64,000 nucleotides of DNA from Streptococcaceae bacterium (lineage in GTDB: Bacteria; Bacillota; Bacilli; Lactobacillales; Streptococcaceae): positions 2,214 to 66,213 of the forward strand of contig JAIRUZ010000027.1 of NCBI GenBank assembly GCA_031254115.1, in the 5' to 3' direction. The position numbers and the translations under genes were made by a program. Below are positions 41,254-50,254 of this stretch, one piece after another. Position 1 is the stretch's first letter. Every line of letters starts with the position of its first letter. The notes beneath the pieces were generated by a model that made no database searches, was not told where the DNA came from, and saw only the letters and a program-made list of their open reading frames with translations.

Positions 41254-41308
41254 TTTAACGTTAAACCAAAACTAAACAGATATTATCATTTTTTGGAAGC
41301 GTTGTCAA
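41254..41308 (-). promoter_or_regulatory. Module 2 promoter with cre-like site and candidate LacI operator
   Basis: TTGACA (41308-41303), 17 bp, TAATAT; TGGAAGCGTTGTCA (41294-41307); perfect palindrome TTTAACGTTAAA (41254-41265). Confidence 0.65.
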
Positions 41309-41465
41309 GAATAAAGTAACACAAATAATTGTCCAGAAACTCGCTTAGAAATTTAGTATGATACTCACCATCACTTTTTAAAACAAAGGCTGAGCCACTG
41401 AATTTAGTCCTTTTGCTAATCTAATTCTTTTGTTCCTGCACAAATGTCAGATATCCGTTTATCAA

Positions 41466-41984
41466 TTATTCTCCCATTATCATAATGTGGCATTTTCGAT
41501 CTCGAGCACGGTTTTGATCCCAATCAATAAAGTAGATATATCCCACCCCGCCAGTTTGAAGAACTTTGTCTTTAATAACAAAGGTTTCACTCGCTCCAAA
41601 GAGAGAGCCACGTATATGCGCATCCCCATTTAATATAGTTGCCTTATCACCAGCATATTGTGGGTTATCTTGCAACTTATGAAGAAAGTCAACATGCTTC
41701 GGACCGGGATAACGATAATTTGTATTTTCTGATAGTTCCCGAGGCACTAATTTATCAAGTAGCCTATTCAAATCCACTTGTAAAAATTCATCTCCATTAA
41801 AGTCTTTGTCATGCACAAACTCCTCAAAGATTACTGAACATGTTGTGTGGGGCGATTGAACGACACACATACCAGTTGTAACACCCGATTCCTCAACTGC
41901 TTTAAGCACATCTTCCTTAATATTGTGATAAGTTACTCTCGAACCATTTGAACATAATGTAAGTTCTTTTGTATAAATTTTCAT
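41466..41984 (-). CDS. YjbQ/UPF0047 family protein
   Basis: PHTTCS, NGDAHIR, IYFIDWD..R.R. Confidence 0.85.
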   Translation of the reverse strand: MKIYTKELTLCSNGSRVTYHNIKEDVLKAVEESGVTTGMCVVQSPHTTCSVIFEEFVHDKDFNGDEFLQVDLNRLLDKLVPRELSENTNYRYPGPKHVDFLHKLQDNPQYAGDKATILNGDAHIRGSLFGASETFVIKDKVLQTGGVGYIYFIDWDQNRARDRKCHIMIMGE

Positions 41985-42676
41985 TTATTTGACGCTTTCC
42001 ATTGATACATGACCTGAAGCATCTCGTCTACGACACAAACCGGATCATCTGCAGCCACAATGCCACTCGTTCCTCCTGATGCATCCGCTCCTGACTCAAG
42101 TGCTTTTTGGATATCTGCCGCACTTGAAATGCCTGCAGCCTGTAATATGAAGATATTCGGATTTTTTCTTCTAATAGCGCTATTTGTAGCTTTCATATAG
42201 CTAACATCGCTTGATTTTCCCGTTCCTATCAGTTCTGTGGGTTCACATACCACAACATCTGGTTCCAAGGCAGCAATCATCTCAGCCTCCTTAACAGAAT
42301 TTGCGCAAACAATCGTCAATATCCCTAATTCATCTGCTCGATTTATGGCTTTTGTAAGTTCTCCTGTTGTCATCGGATGCTCCGCATGATTCAAGAAGGT
42401 TGCTTCCGCACCTGCAGTTTTAATGCTTTCAGGCAGAATCTTTCCCATACCTGCCCCTGCCATATGCCCATCCATATGCTGCGCAGTTACAATAAGATTT
42501 TTTGTTTCGTTTCTTAATCGATAGAGATCAGCGTGTTGGGCAGTGAAGAGAAAATCTATACCATATTTCTCAGAAAGCGAATCACATGATTTGGCTAACT
42601 TTATTAATTCATCCCCATAAAGGTATGATTTGGGGTTCATTACAAAAAATGGAGTGTTTAATTGTCTTTTTTTCAT
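41981..42676 (-). CDS. Short (archaeal-like) triosephosphate isomerase family protein
   Basis: NPKSY, AQH, LNHAEH, EPTELIGTG, AAGIS; 231 aa. Confidence 0.8.
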   Translation of the reverse strand: MKKRQLNTPFFVMNPKSYLYGDELIKLAKSCDSLSEKYGIDFLFTAQHADLYRLRNETKNLIVTAQHMDGHMAGAGMGKILPESIKTAGAEATFLNHAEHPMTTGELTKAINRADELGILTIVCANSVKEAEMIAALEPDVVVCEPTELIGTGKSSDVSYMKATNSAIRRKNPNIFILQAAGISSAADIQKALESGADASGGTSGIVAADDPVCVVDEMLQVMYQWKASNK

Positions 42677-42685
42677 ACTGCCGCC

Positions 42686-43513
42686 CTATCTCGTTTCAAA
42701 AACTTGATAGTAATGTTCAAGCAATTCAGCCATAGACTCGTTTGTGGCTTTTTTTAAGTCAAAATATGTTTCTGGCTTTTTCTTAGAAATCGCGGACATC
42801 CCTGCAAGGCAAAAATCAGTGAATATATTTATCTTATTAATTCCACCCATTGCGCATTTTTTCAAGTTTTTATCCCCAGATGAAGATCCCCCATGGAGAA
42901 CAAGTGGCAAGTTTACTGCTTGATGAATTTTAGACAGCAGTTCAAAATTGATTTCAGGATTTCCCTTATATTCTCCATGAGTTGTACCAATTGAGACTGC
43001 AAGTGAATCCACCTTGGTGGCTTCGGCAAACTTTATAGCTTCTTCAACTGTCGTATATTTTTGCTCACTTTCTTCAATAAAATCTACTCGCTCACCCGAG
43101 GCCACATGTCCGATTTCTGCTTCAACAAAAACGCCATGTTCATGGGCATAATTAGCCATATTTTTTGAGCGTTCAATATTTTTTTCAAAAGGATCATAAG
43201 AAGCATCGATCATTATTGATGTAAACCCTAAATCAATTCCTTCTTTTATGAAATCTTCCGTTTGTCCATGATCCAGATGTAAATCAACAGCCACATTTGT
43301 ATTTTGGGCTAAAAACTTCCCAATCAGGGCGGCTTCTTTAAGAGGCAGTATATCAGCGTGAGTCTGAGCAAATGACAGGATAACAGGCTTTTGTAATTTT
43401 TCCGCAACTGCTATATATGTTCGAGCTGAATCTAAATCGAAGAAGTTGGGAGCTGGAATTGCAAAGTTTTCTTCTCTTGCTTTTTTTAACATTTGTTCAG
43501 AAGTAACTAACAC
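42686..43513 (-). CDS. Class II ketose-phosphate aldolase
   Basis: HLDHG, MIDAS, EAEIG, AVSIGTTHG, LVLHGGS, KINI; GTG start. Confidence 0.92.
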   Translation of the reverse strand: MLVTSEQMLKKAREENFAIPAPNFFDLDSARTYIAVAEKLQKPVILSFAQTHADILPLKEAALIGKFLAQNTNVAVDLHLDHGQTEDFIKEGIDLGFTSIMIDASYDPFEKNIERSKNMANYAHEHGVFVEAEIGHVASGERVDFIEESEQKYTTVEEAIKFAEATKVDSLAVSIGTTHGEYKGNPEINFELLSKIHQAVNLPLVLHGGSSSGDKNLKKCAMGGINKINIFTDFCLAGMSAISKKKPETYFDLKKATNESMAELLEHYYQVFETR

Positions 43514-43515
43514 AA

Positions 43516-43800
43516 TCAGTCCCTCAACTTTTTCTCGATTTGCGCAAACATTTCTTCAATCCCCATGCCTGTCAATAAGGGTAACCCCATGATAACTTTA
43601 TCCTTGATACCATCCGAAACAACCGTAGTAGAAACCACAACATCGTAATCATCGATCTTGTTCATTTCATCAGCTACTTTAGATTGGAAGAGCTGTACTT
43701 GATTTTCAATTCCCTTTTCTTTTAGCCAATCTTTCACTTTGCTCATAACAATTGTGGAGGTTGCAACGCCTGTACCACACATTACCATTAGTTTTTTCAT
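43516..43800 (-). CDS. PTS galactitol-family IIB
   Basis: CGTGVATS phosphorylation loop. Confidence 0.92.
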   Translation of the reverse strand: MKKLMVMCGTGVATSTIVMSKVKDWLKEKGIENQVQLFQSKVADEMNKIDDYDVVVSTTVVSDGIKDKVIMGLPLLTGMGIEEMFAQIEKKLRD

Positions 43801-43813
43801 TATTAATTACCTT

Positions 43814-45157
43814 CTACTTTCCATTACTTGCTTGACGTTTGGGTTGTATTTTACGCGTATAAATCATCCCTGCGAGAAGCAAAACAAATACTATTGCAAA
43901 GATAGCCCAACCCATAATTTTTACGCCACCTATATACATAAAGGTTGTCCAAAGACCACCTTCAGCTAATGCCGTTATTTGTGAGTGACCTTCCAAATTG
44001 AACTTAGCTGCCTTTGCAGCTGATGTAACAAGAGGGGCAACCCAGGAAGTTACATATAAAATTGAAATCATATAAAATGTACCAGCAATAACGGTGCGTA
44101 TTACATTTCCGTTAAATACGGCCGCCATCAAACATACAATAAACGGTATGGTTGCCAAATCCCCAAACGGAAGTGTTGTGTTGCCCGGTAAAATTGCAGC
44201 TAGGAGAATTGTAATTGGAACCAACAAAAGCGAAGAGGATAGAACTGCTGGGTGACCAACCGAAAGAGCTGAGTCCATACCGATGAAAAGTTCGCGACCT
44301 GGGAATCGTTTCTGGATAAAAGATTTGGCCGCTTCAGAAATTGGCATCAATCCTTCCATAAGTAACGAAACCATACGGGGCATTAAAACTAACACTGCAG
44401 CAGTTTGAACAGATAGTTGCGCAACTTGGGAGAAGTTCTGTCCTGCCAAAATGCCGATAATCAATCCGATAATCAATCCCATAACGGTTGAATCACCAAA
44501 TATTCCAAAGCGTTTTTGGATTGTTTCTGGATCAGCCTTCCAATCTTTAAATCCTGGGATACGATCAAACAACCAATTAAAAGGAAGCGCTATAAAAAAT
44601 CCAGGAGCGGAAGTACCATGAGGGAAAGTAATGTCAGGAAATCCATAAAATTTTGTTATCTGAGGGCCGATTACGTCTGCAAAGAATAAAATCATCATTG
44701 TATAAACAACAATAGCTATAATGCCCATCACAAAGCTATCGGTCAACGCATAAGTAAGTGAGGCAATAAAAGCAGCATGCCATAAGTTCCAAATATCAAT
44801 ATTAAGAGTTTTGGTCAATCCAAAAACAAGAAGGATGACATTCACCAAAATTGCGATTGGAATAGATAAAGTTCCTAAGGTAGTACCAAATGAAATTGCT
44901 GACGCCGCTGGCCAACCAACATCAATAGTGTTTAGATGTAGTCCGAAGCGTTTGACCATTTCTTGAGCAGCAGGGCCAAGAGTAGTTGTTAACAGAGTGA
45001 TGACCAAATTAAGTCCAACAAATCCAACTCCTACAGTCAATGCCGATGTAAAGGCTTTTCCGGGTTTTGTTCCCAAAATAAGACCAAAAATAAAGATGAG
45101 TATAGGTAGGACGACCGTGGCACCTAAGCCGACAAACCAAGTAATTGCTTGTAACAT
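43814..45157 (-). CDS. PTS galactitol-family IIC
   Basis: IDVGWP, NIDIWNLWH, IGMDSA, LPGNTTLPFGDL. Confidence 0.92.
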   Translation of the reverse strand: MLQAITWFVGLGATVVLPILIFIFGLILGTKPGKAFTSALTVGVGFVGLNLVITLLTTTLGPAAQEMVKRFGLHLNTIDVGWPAASAISFGTTLGTLSIPIAILVNVILLVFGLTKTLNIDIWNLWHAAFIASLTYALTDSFVMGIIAIVVYTMMILFFADVIGPQITKFYGFPDITFPHGTSAPGFFIALPFNWLFDRIPGFKDWKADPETIQKRFGIFGDSTVMGLIIGLIIGILAGQNFSQVAQLSVQTAAVLVLMPRMVSLLMEGLMPISEAAKSFIQKRFPGRELFIGMDSALSVGHPAVLSSSLLLVPITILLAAILPGNTTLPFGDLATIPFIVCLMAAVFNGNVIRTVIAGTFYMISILYVTSWVAPLVTSAAKAAKFNLEGHSQITALAEGGLWTTFMYIGGVKIMGWAIFAIVFVLLLAGMIYTRKIQPKRQASNGK

Positions 45158-45176
45158 GAGTTTCTCCTATAATTGA

Positions 45177-45638
45177 TTAGTATAAATTGTTTTCGTTCAT
45201 TATTGAAATGAACTCGTCTACATCTGTGATGCTTTGTAAATGCTTTAGTACGCTTTCTTTTTGAAACATTGTAACAAGAGCTTGTAGCATCTCAGGCTGT
45301 TCATGCGCTTCTTTCAGAGCAAGCATAAAGACTAATGTAACTTCAACAGGATTATCTAATGTTCCCATTTGATAAAAAGTCATTGGCTTCTTTAGCGATG
45401 CAAAAGCTATCTGAGAAGTTTTTACCCATTCAGCATCCGTATGAGGAATCGCCACACCGCAATCGCCAATAACTAAACCTGTTGGAAAAATCATTTCCCG
45501 TTGTGCAACTTTAAATTTGTATTCCTCAGAAACTAATCCTCGATTTTCAAAGTCACTTGATAATAGCTGAAATATATCATCTTTTGAACTTGCTTCAATT
45601 TGAAATCGTACTATTTTTTTATCGAAATATGTTGTCAT
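45177..45638 (-). CDS. PTS IIA (galactitol/fructose type)
   Basis: RE..FPTGL, VAIPH; SD AGGAGG before ATG 45638. Confidence 0.9.
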   Translation of the reverse strand: MTTYFDKKIVRFQIEASSKDDIFQLLSSDFENRGLVSEEYKFKVAQREMIFPTGLVIGDCGVAIPHTDAEWVKTSQIAFASLKKPMTFYQMGTLDNPVEVTLVFMLALKEAHEQPEMLQALVTMFQKESVLKHLQSITDVDEFISIMNENNLY

Positions 45639-45720
45639 ATTTAACCTCCTTTCTTTGTTATTTACCCAAACACAGTATACTCTTTTAAAAGAACATTGGA
45701 GGCGCTTCAAAGTTCTAAAA

Positions 45721-45736
45721 TTGGACTTTTGTCCAA
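45721..45736. promoter_or_regulatory. Inverted repeat between divergent PTS and rpiR promoters (candidate RpiR site)
   Basis: TTGGAC-TTTT-GTCCAA. Confidence 0.4.
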
Positions 45737-45765
45737 GACTTCATTTAAAATGGTATAATGCCTTT

Positions 45766-46524
45766 ATGGGAATTATACTAGAAAGCTTTTTAAACAATAC
45801 AAGCAGCCTTACGAAGACAGAGTTGCAGCTACTCACAAAAATCGATAATAATCCCGAATTATCAATTGAGTATAATCTCATTGAGCTTGCAGAAAAATTT
45901 TTTACTTCTAAAACTGAATTAATACGTATGGCTCAAAAATTAGGGTTTTCTGGCTTTTCAGAATTTAAATTCAAAATTAAATCTCTTGTTTTATTAGAAA
46001 ATACTGATAATTCTAATTTCATTAGTAGCTTAAGAGATTGGGTAAGTGCTTTCCCTGATTTGGAAGATGCAAAAAATATCAAATATTTTATTCAAAAAAT
46101 TCATAAAGCTGATACAGTTTATATTACTGCAGTTGGGGTTACTAAACCTTTAGCTGAATATTTTTCAAAGAAATTAATCGGATTCGATAAAAGAGCTGTA
46201 TACATTCATGAAGATCCCTTTTTGGATTTATTACCAAATCTATTAAGACCAAATGATATTGTCATTTACCTTTCTGTTTCTGGAGATGTAGATATTTTAG
46301 TTAACTCCGCAAAAAAAGTTAATAGCCTCCAACAGGACCCACTCGCAATCACAGGAGTGAGGTCATCTAAATTAGGAAGAACTGTAAAAAGAAATATTTC
46401 AGTGAAATCAAGCATGAGTTATTATCACGGCTATGACATTTCCAGCCGCGCCTACCTCATGATTATTATTGACACAATCTTAGAGCACTATCACGCGAAT
46501 TATTTAATCAATTCCGCCGTCTAA
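45766..46524 (+). CDS. MurR/RpiR-family regulator
   Basis: LTKTE, RMAQKLGFSGFSEFK HTH, SIS domain LSVSG. Confidence 0.9.
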   Translation: MGIILESFLNNTSSLTKTELQLLTKIDNNPELSIEYNLIELAEKFFTSKTELIRMAQKLGFSGFSEFKFKIKSLVLLENTDNSNFISSLRDWVSAFPDLEDAKNIKYFIQKIHKADTVYITAVGVTKPLAEYFSKKLIGFDKRAVYIHEDPFLDLLPNLLRPNDIVIYLSVSGDVDILVNSAKKVNSLQQDPLAITGVRSSKLGRTVKRNISVKSSMSYYHGYDISSRAYLMIIIDTILEHYHANYLINSAV

Positions 46525-46536
46525 ACTCTTTTTCAG

Positions 46537-46791
46537 TCAAAAAATGGAATAATTTATCAGCATTTTAATACGCCCAGACTGGCTTACTATCTGACGGATA
46601 AAGTCCTGATTGGACTCACTATCTGTGACATCAAGCTTCAGCGCGTTGATATTTTTGCCAGTTGGTATTTTTTCAAGTCGCCTCGCTGCGGCGTAAACCA
46701 TCCAGCCTTTTTGAGCAAAAAGTTGTACTGCCGCGTAACCTAAGCCAGATGAGGCACCTGTGATTGCGATAACTTTTTCTGTAGAGTGCAT
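46537..46791 (-). pseudogene. N-terminal fragment of an SDR oxidoreductase
   Basis: ITGASSGLG, AARR, LDVTD; stops at GRIKMLIN just before NNAG; good SD. Confidence 0.8.
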
Positions 46792-46941
46792 TATTTTCTC
46801 CTTTTTGATATAATTAGTATATTCTTTTTATATCAATAAATCAAATAAATAAAAAGTCACAACCGAAGTTATGACTTTATACAAGAATTTAAGTTTCTTA
46901 TTTAGCTAATTTGCGTCGACGGGCGTGGCTCTCTTTAGGGA

Positions 46942-49410
46942 TTATTTAATCTGAATCGAAGCGACACCTGGCGCTACTTCATCTCCATTTGCTGTGCGTT
47001 CAGATAAATGTAAATCTGCTAGAATCACGTCGTAAAGCTTGCCATTGTCAGTTGTAATCTCGAGCGTCTGCGGCGTTTTGTCAGTGCTGACAGAAGGTGC
47101 AGGCTCTGTGCTAAACAAATCCGTCTCATCATAAGGCGCGGTATTTCCGTCAGCTGTGACCGTGCCTGCCGCAAAGACTTGCAGCGGCTCAGATTTGACG
47201 GTTTTTAGGACTTGTAAGCCACGATTCGCGCGCGCGGTGGCTGGAATTTCGCTTGCCGCCACGCGTTTCAAAAACCCTTTTACCGTGAGCAGCCACCAGC
47301 TGTCAGTCGTCACGAAGAATGCGGTTTGAACGGTATCGCCGGCTTTGAGATTCATGGCTTTCACGCCAGCGGCTTTGGCGCCGATGACAGGCACGTCTGA
47401 CAAGTCAAAGCGCAGCGCATAGCCGTTTTTCGAGACGAGCATCACGTCGGCTGACAAAACAGTGCTGACAAACACGACCATGTCGTCCGCTGTTTTCAAT
47501 TTTGCGTAAGCGGTCGCTTTTGACTTGTACGTGCGCCACGGCGCGAATGCGGCAACTTCCAGCTGCTTGATTTGCCCATTTTTCGTGACAACAAGCAATT
47601 TTTCTGGCGTCTCAAAAGTGTCGAGCACTTTGACAAAAAGAATTTCTTCTGCCGCGTCAAAATTCGTCACAGTTTGCGATACATGCTCGCCAATGTCCTT
47701 CCAGCGCGTGTCAGCGAGCTCGTGAACGGGCCGATAAATCACATTGCCAAGCGTCGTGAACAGCAAAAGATGTTGCGTCGTTTTCGCCGTGCCAAAATAC
47801 AACAGCTCATCGCCGTCGCGCTTGCCGATTTCTGTCAGCTCTGACGACGCAAAACTCCGCGGCGATGTGCGTTTGATATAGCCTGCGCGCGTCACGCTGA
47901 TGACCGTTTCTTCCTCGGAAATCAGCTCATGCGCTTCGATTTCAATCGTCTCGACTTCGTCTTGCAAGCTCGAGCGGCGCGCTTTGCCAAATTTTTTCTT
48001 GACCTCACGCAGCTCACGCTTCATCAGATTAAACAGCGTTTTTTCATCATTAATGACCGCTTTGAGCTCTAAAATTTTCGCGCGCAAGTCAGCATCTTCT
48101 TTTTGCAGCGTCACGATGTCCGTATTCGTCAATCGGTACAGTTGCAGCGTGACAATCGCCTCGGCCTGCTCTTCCGTGAAGCCAAATGACAGTTTGATAT
48201 TTTCCTTTGCATCGCTCTTATTTTCACTCGCGCGAATCGTTGCGACCACCTCGTCAAGAATTGAGACCATCTTAATCAAGCCTTCAACAATGTGCAGGCG
48301 TTTTTCCGCCCGACGCAAATCAAACTGTGAACGCTTGATGATCACTGTCTCGCGGTGCTTGATGTACGCGCGCAAAATCGGCAAAACGCCCAGCTGACGC
48401 GGCGTCATTGCGTCAATCGCCACCATATTAAAGTTGTAATTAACCTGCAAGTCGGTGTTTTTAAAAAGATAATTCAGCACGAGCTGGCTGTCCGCTTCTT
48501 TTTTCAAATCAATCGCAATACGCAGACCTTCGCGGTCGCTTTCGTCGCGCACCTCAGCGATGCCAGGCACTTTCCCCGCCACGCGCACATCGTCGATGCG
48601 CTTCACGAGATTTGCCTTGTTGATTTCATACGGGATTTCGGTAATGACAATCTGTGCGCGACCGCCTTTGAGCGACTCAATCGCCGTTTTGGAGCGCAAA
48701 ACGATTTTACCTTTGCCCGTTTCATACGCCTGACGAATGCCTGCTTTGCCTTGTATCACGCCACCTGTCGGGAAATCTGGTCCTGGCAGGAAACGCATGA
48801 TTTTGTCAATTGATAACTCCGCGTCGTCAATCAGCGCAACCGTCGCGTCAATGACCTCGGACAAATTATGCGGCGGAATATCGGTCGCATAGCCTGCCGA
48901 AATTCCCGTCGAGCCGTTGACCAAAAGGTTTGGGAAGCTCGCAGGCAAAACCGTTGGCTCTTTTTCTGTGTCATCAAAATTCCACGCCGTCGAAACGGTT
49001 TCTTTTTCAATGTCCTGCAGTAAAAAACCCGAAATTTCGGACAAGCGCGCCTCGGTGTAACGCATGGCAGCCGCTGGATCGCCGTCCATCGAGCCATTGT
49101 TTCCGTGCATCTCAATGAGCGGCTCCATCATTTTCCAGTCCTGCGACAGGCGAATCATCGCATCGTAAATCGAGCTGTCGCCGTGCGGGTGAAAATTGCC
49201 CATGACATTGCCGACAGACTTCGCAGATTTTCGGTACGCCTTGTCAAAGGTATTGCCGTCTTTATTCATCGAGTAAAGAATGCGACGTTGCACAGGTTTC
49301 AGCCCATCGCGAATGTCGGGCAGCGCGCGCTCCTGAATGATGTATTTGCTGTAACGGCCGAAACGGTCGCCCATAATGTCTTCTAATGGTAATTGTTGTA
49401 TGTTCGTCAT
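46942..49410 (-). CDS. parC: Topoisomerase IV subunit A
   Basis: RALPDIRDGLKPVQRR, HPHGDSSIYDA, AAMRYTE. Confidence 0.97.
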   Translation of the reverse strand: MTNIQQLPLEDIMGDRFGRYSKYIIQERALPDIRDGLKPVQRRILYSMNKDGNTFDKAYRKSAKSVGNVMGNFHPHGDSSIYDAMIRLSQDWKMMEPLIEMHGNNGSMDGDPAAAMRYTEARLSEISGFLLQDIEKETVSTAWNFDDTEKEPTVLPASFPNLLVNGSTGISAGYATDIPPHNLSEVIDATVALIDDAELSIDKIMRFLPGPDFPTGGVIQGKAGIRQAYETGKGKIVLRSKTAIESLKGGRAQIVITEIPYEINKANLVKRIDDVRVAGKVPGIAEVRDESDREGLRIAIDLKKEADSQLVLNYLFKNTDLQVNYNFNMVAIDAMTPRQLGVLPILRAYIKHRETVIIKRSQFDLRRAEKRLHIVEGLIKMVSILDEVVATIRASENKSDAKENIKLSFGFTEEQAEAIVTLQLYRLTNTDIVTLQKEDADLRAKILELKAVINDEKTLFNLMKRELREVKKKFGKARRSSLQDEVETIEIEAHELISEEETVISVTRAGYIKRTSPRSFASSELTEIGKRDGDELLYFGTAKTTQHLLLFTTLGNVIYRPVHELADTRWKDIGEHVSQTVTNFDAAEEILFVKVLDTFETPEKLLVVTKNGQIKQLEVAAFAPWRTYKSKATAYAKLKTADDMVVFVSTVLSADVMLVSKNGYALRFDLSDVPVIGAKAAGVKAMNLKAGDTVQTAFFVTTDSWWLLTVKGFLKRVAASEIPATARANRGLQVLKTVKSEPLQVFAAGTVTADGNTAPYDETDLFSTEPAPSVSTDKTPQTLEITTDNGKLYDVILADLHLSERTANGDEVAPGVASIQIK

Positions 49411-49433
49411 TTTAGTTGTTTCTATTTCCAGTT

Positions 49434-50222
49434 TTACTCACCAAAACCAGGCTTTTGCATTTCTTTGAAATAATCGGCGTGAATTTGAATTTCAGCGCCC
49501 GTGTCCAGTTTGAGTACGAGGCCCGAGCCGCTGGTGTATTCGCGCGCGATTCGCAGCGAGATGACCTCGTATTGTTTTGCTTCGCGGTCGATGTAAATGA
49601 GGGCTTTCGTAATTGGCAAGCCCAGATATTTGCGCAATTCTGTGGAGATTTCTTCCCCAAAAAGTCCCAGCTGCCCGCTGTCAGCTGCTACAAAATGTGC
49701 GCGCGGCTTATCCAATTCTTGTAAGCGCTGATAGAGCTTCGCCGTAATCAACACGTCGTTTAGCGCGTCGTGGCTGCGCAAATCAGACAGCCCTAAGTCT
49801 TTTTTCAGATTTGAAAGGGCATACGAGCGCGCTTTCATCAGCCGCTTCGCCTCTGACAGCGTGTCGTACACCTCAAAATGCGCAACACCTTGAATGCCGC
49901 AATCAATAATCGCCTGATTCAAAAAGCTCATGTCAAACGGCGCATTGTGCGCGACGAGTAAACAACCGCTGATAAACGCCAGAAAATCGGGCAGCACGGC
50001 AGAAATCATGGGCTGACTCGCGACATCAGCTGGCGAAATGCCTGTCAGTGCTGTGATTTCAGCGCTGACAAGACTTCGCACAGGCCGCAGCAATTGATTG
50101 ACACGCCCGAGCTCTTCGTGTGACACGCTGTCAAATTTTGCGGCACCAATCTGAATAATCTCGTTGAATTTAGGCGACAAACCTGTCGTCTCGAAATCCA
50201 AAACTACGTATTGCTCTGCCAT
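49434..50222 (-). CDS. DEDDh 3'-5' exonuclease (DnaQ-like) with extra C-terminal region
   Basis: LDFETTG, AHNAPFD, DTL, HDALND. Confidence 0.88.
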   Translation of the reverse strand: MAEQYVVLDFETTGLSPKFNEIIQIGAAKFDSVSHEELGRVNQLLRPVRSLVSAEITALTGISPADVASQPMISAVLPDFLAFISGCLLVAHNAPFDMSFLNQAIIDCGIQGVAHFEVYDTLSEAKRLMKARSYALSNLKKDLGLSDLRSHDALNDVLITAKLYQRLQELDKPRAHFVAADSGQLGLFGEEISTELRKYLGLPITKALIYIDREAKQYEVISLRIAREYTSGSGLVLKLDTGAEIQIHADYFKEMQKPGFGE

Positions 50223-50254
50223 ACTCATCCTTTCTGTCTCAAAATCCGTTCCTA

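Larger units (their letters stand above)
20390..46900. other. AT-richer accessory island (carbohydrate use, efflux); boundaries approximate
   Basis: Abrupt composition shift, near loss of the TGTCAG/CTGACA dyad, no CACGCGC seen, pseudogene and IS debris; no integrase. Confidence 0.8.

Noticed and set aside
46898-46940. Minus-strand tail PKESHARRRKLAK* at the island's right edge as an att/gene 3' end
   Set aside because: No start codon, no matching copy at the left edge, and I do not recognise the source gene.
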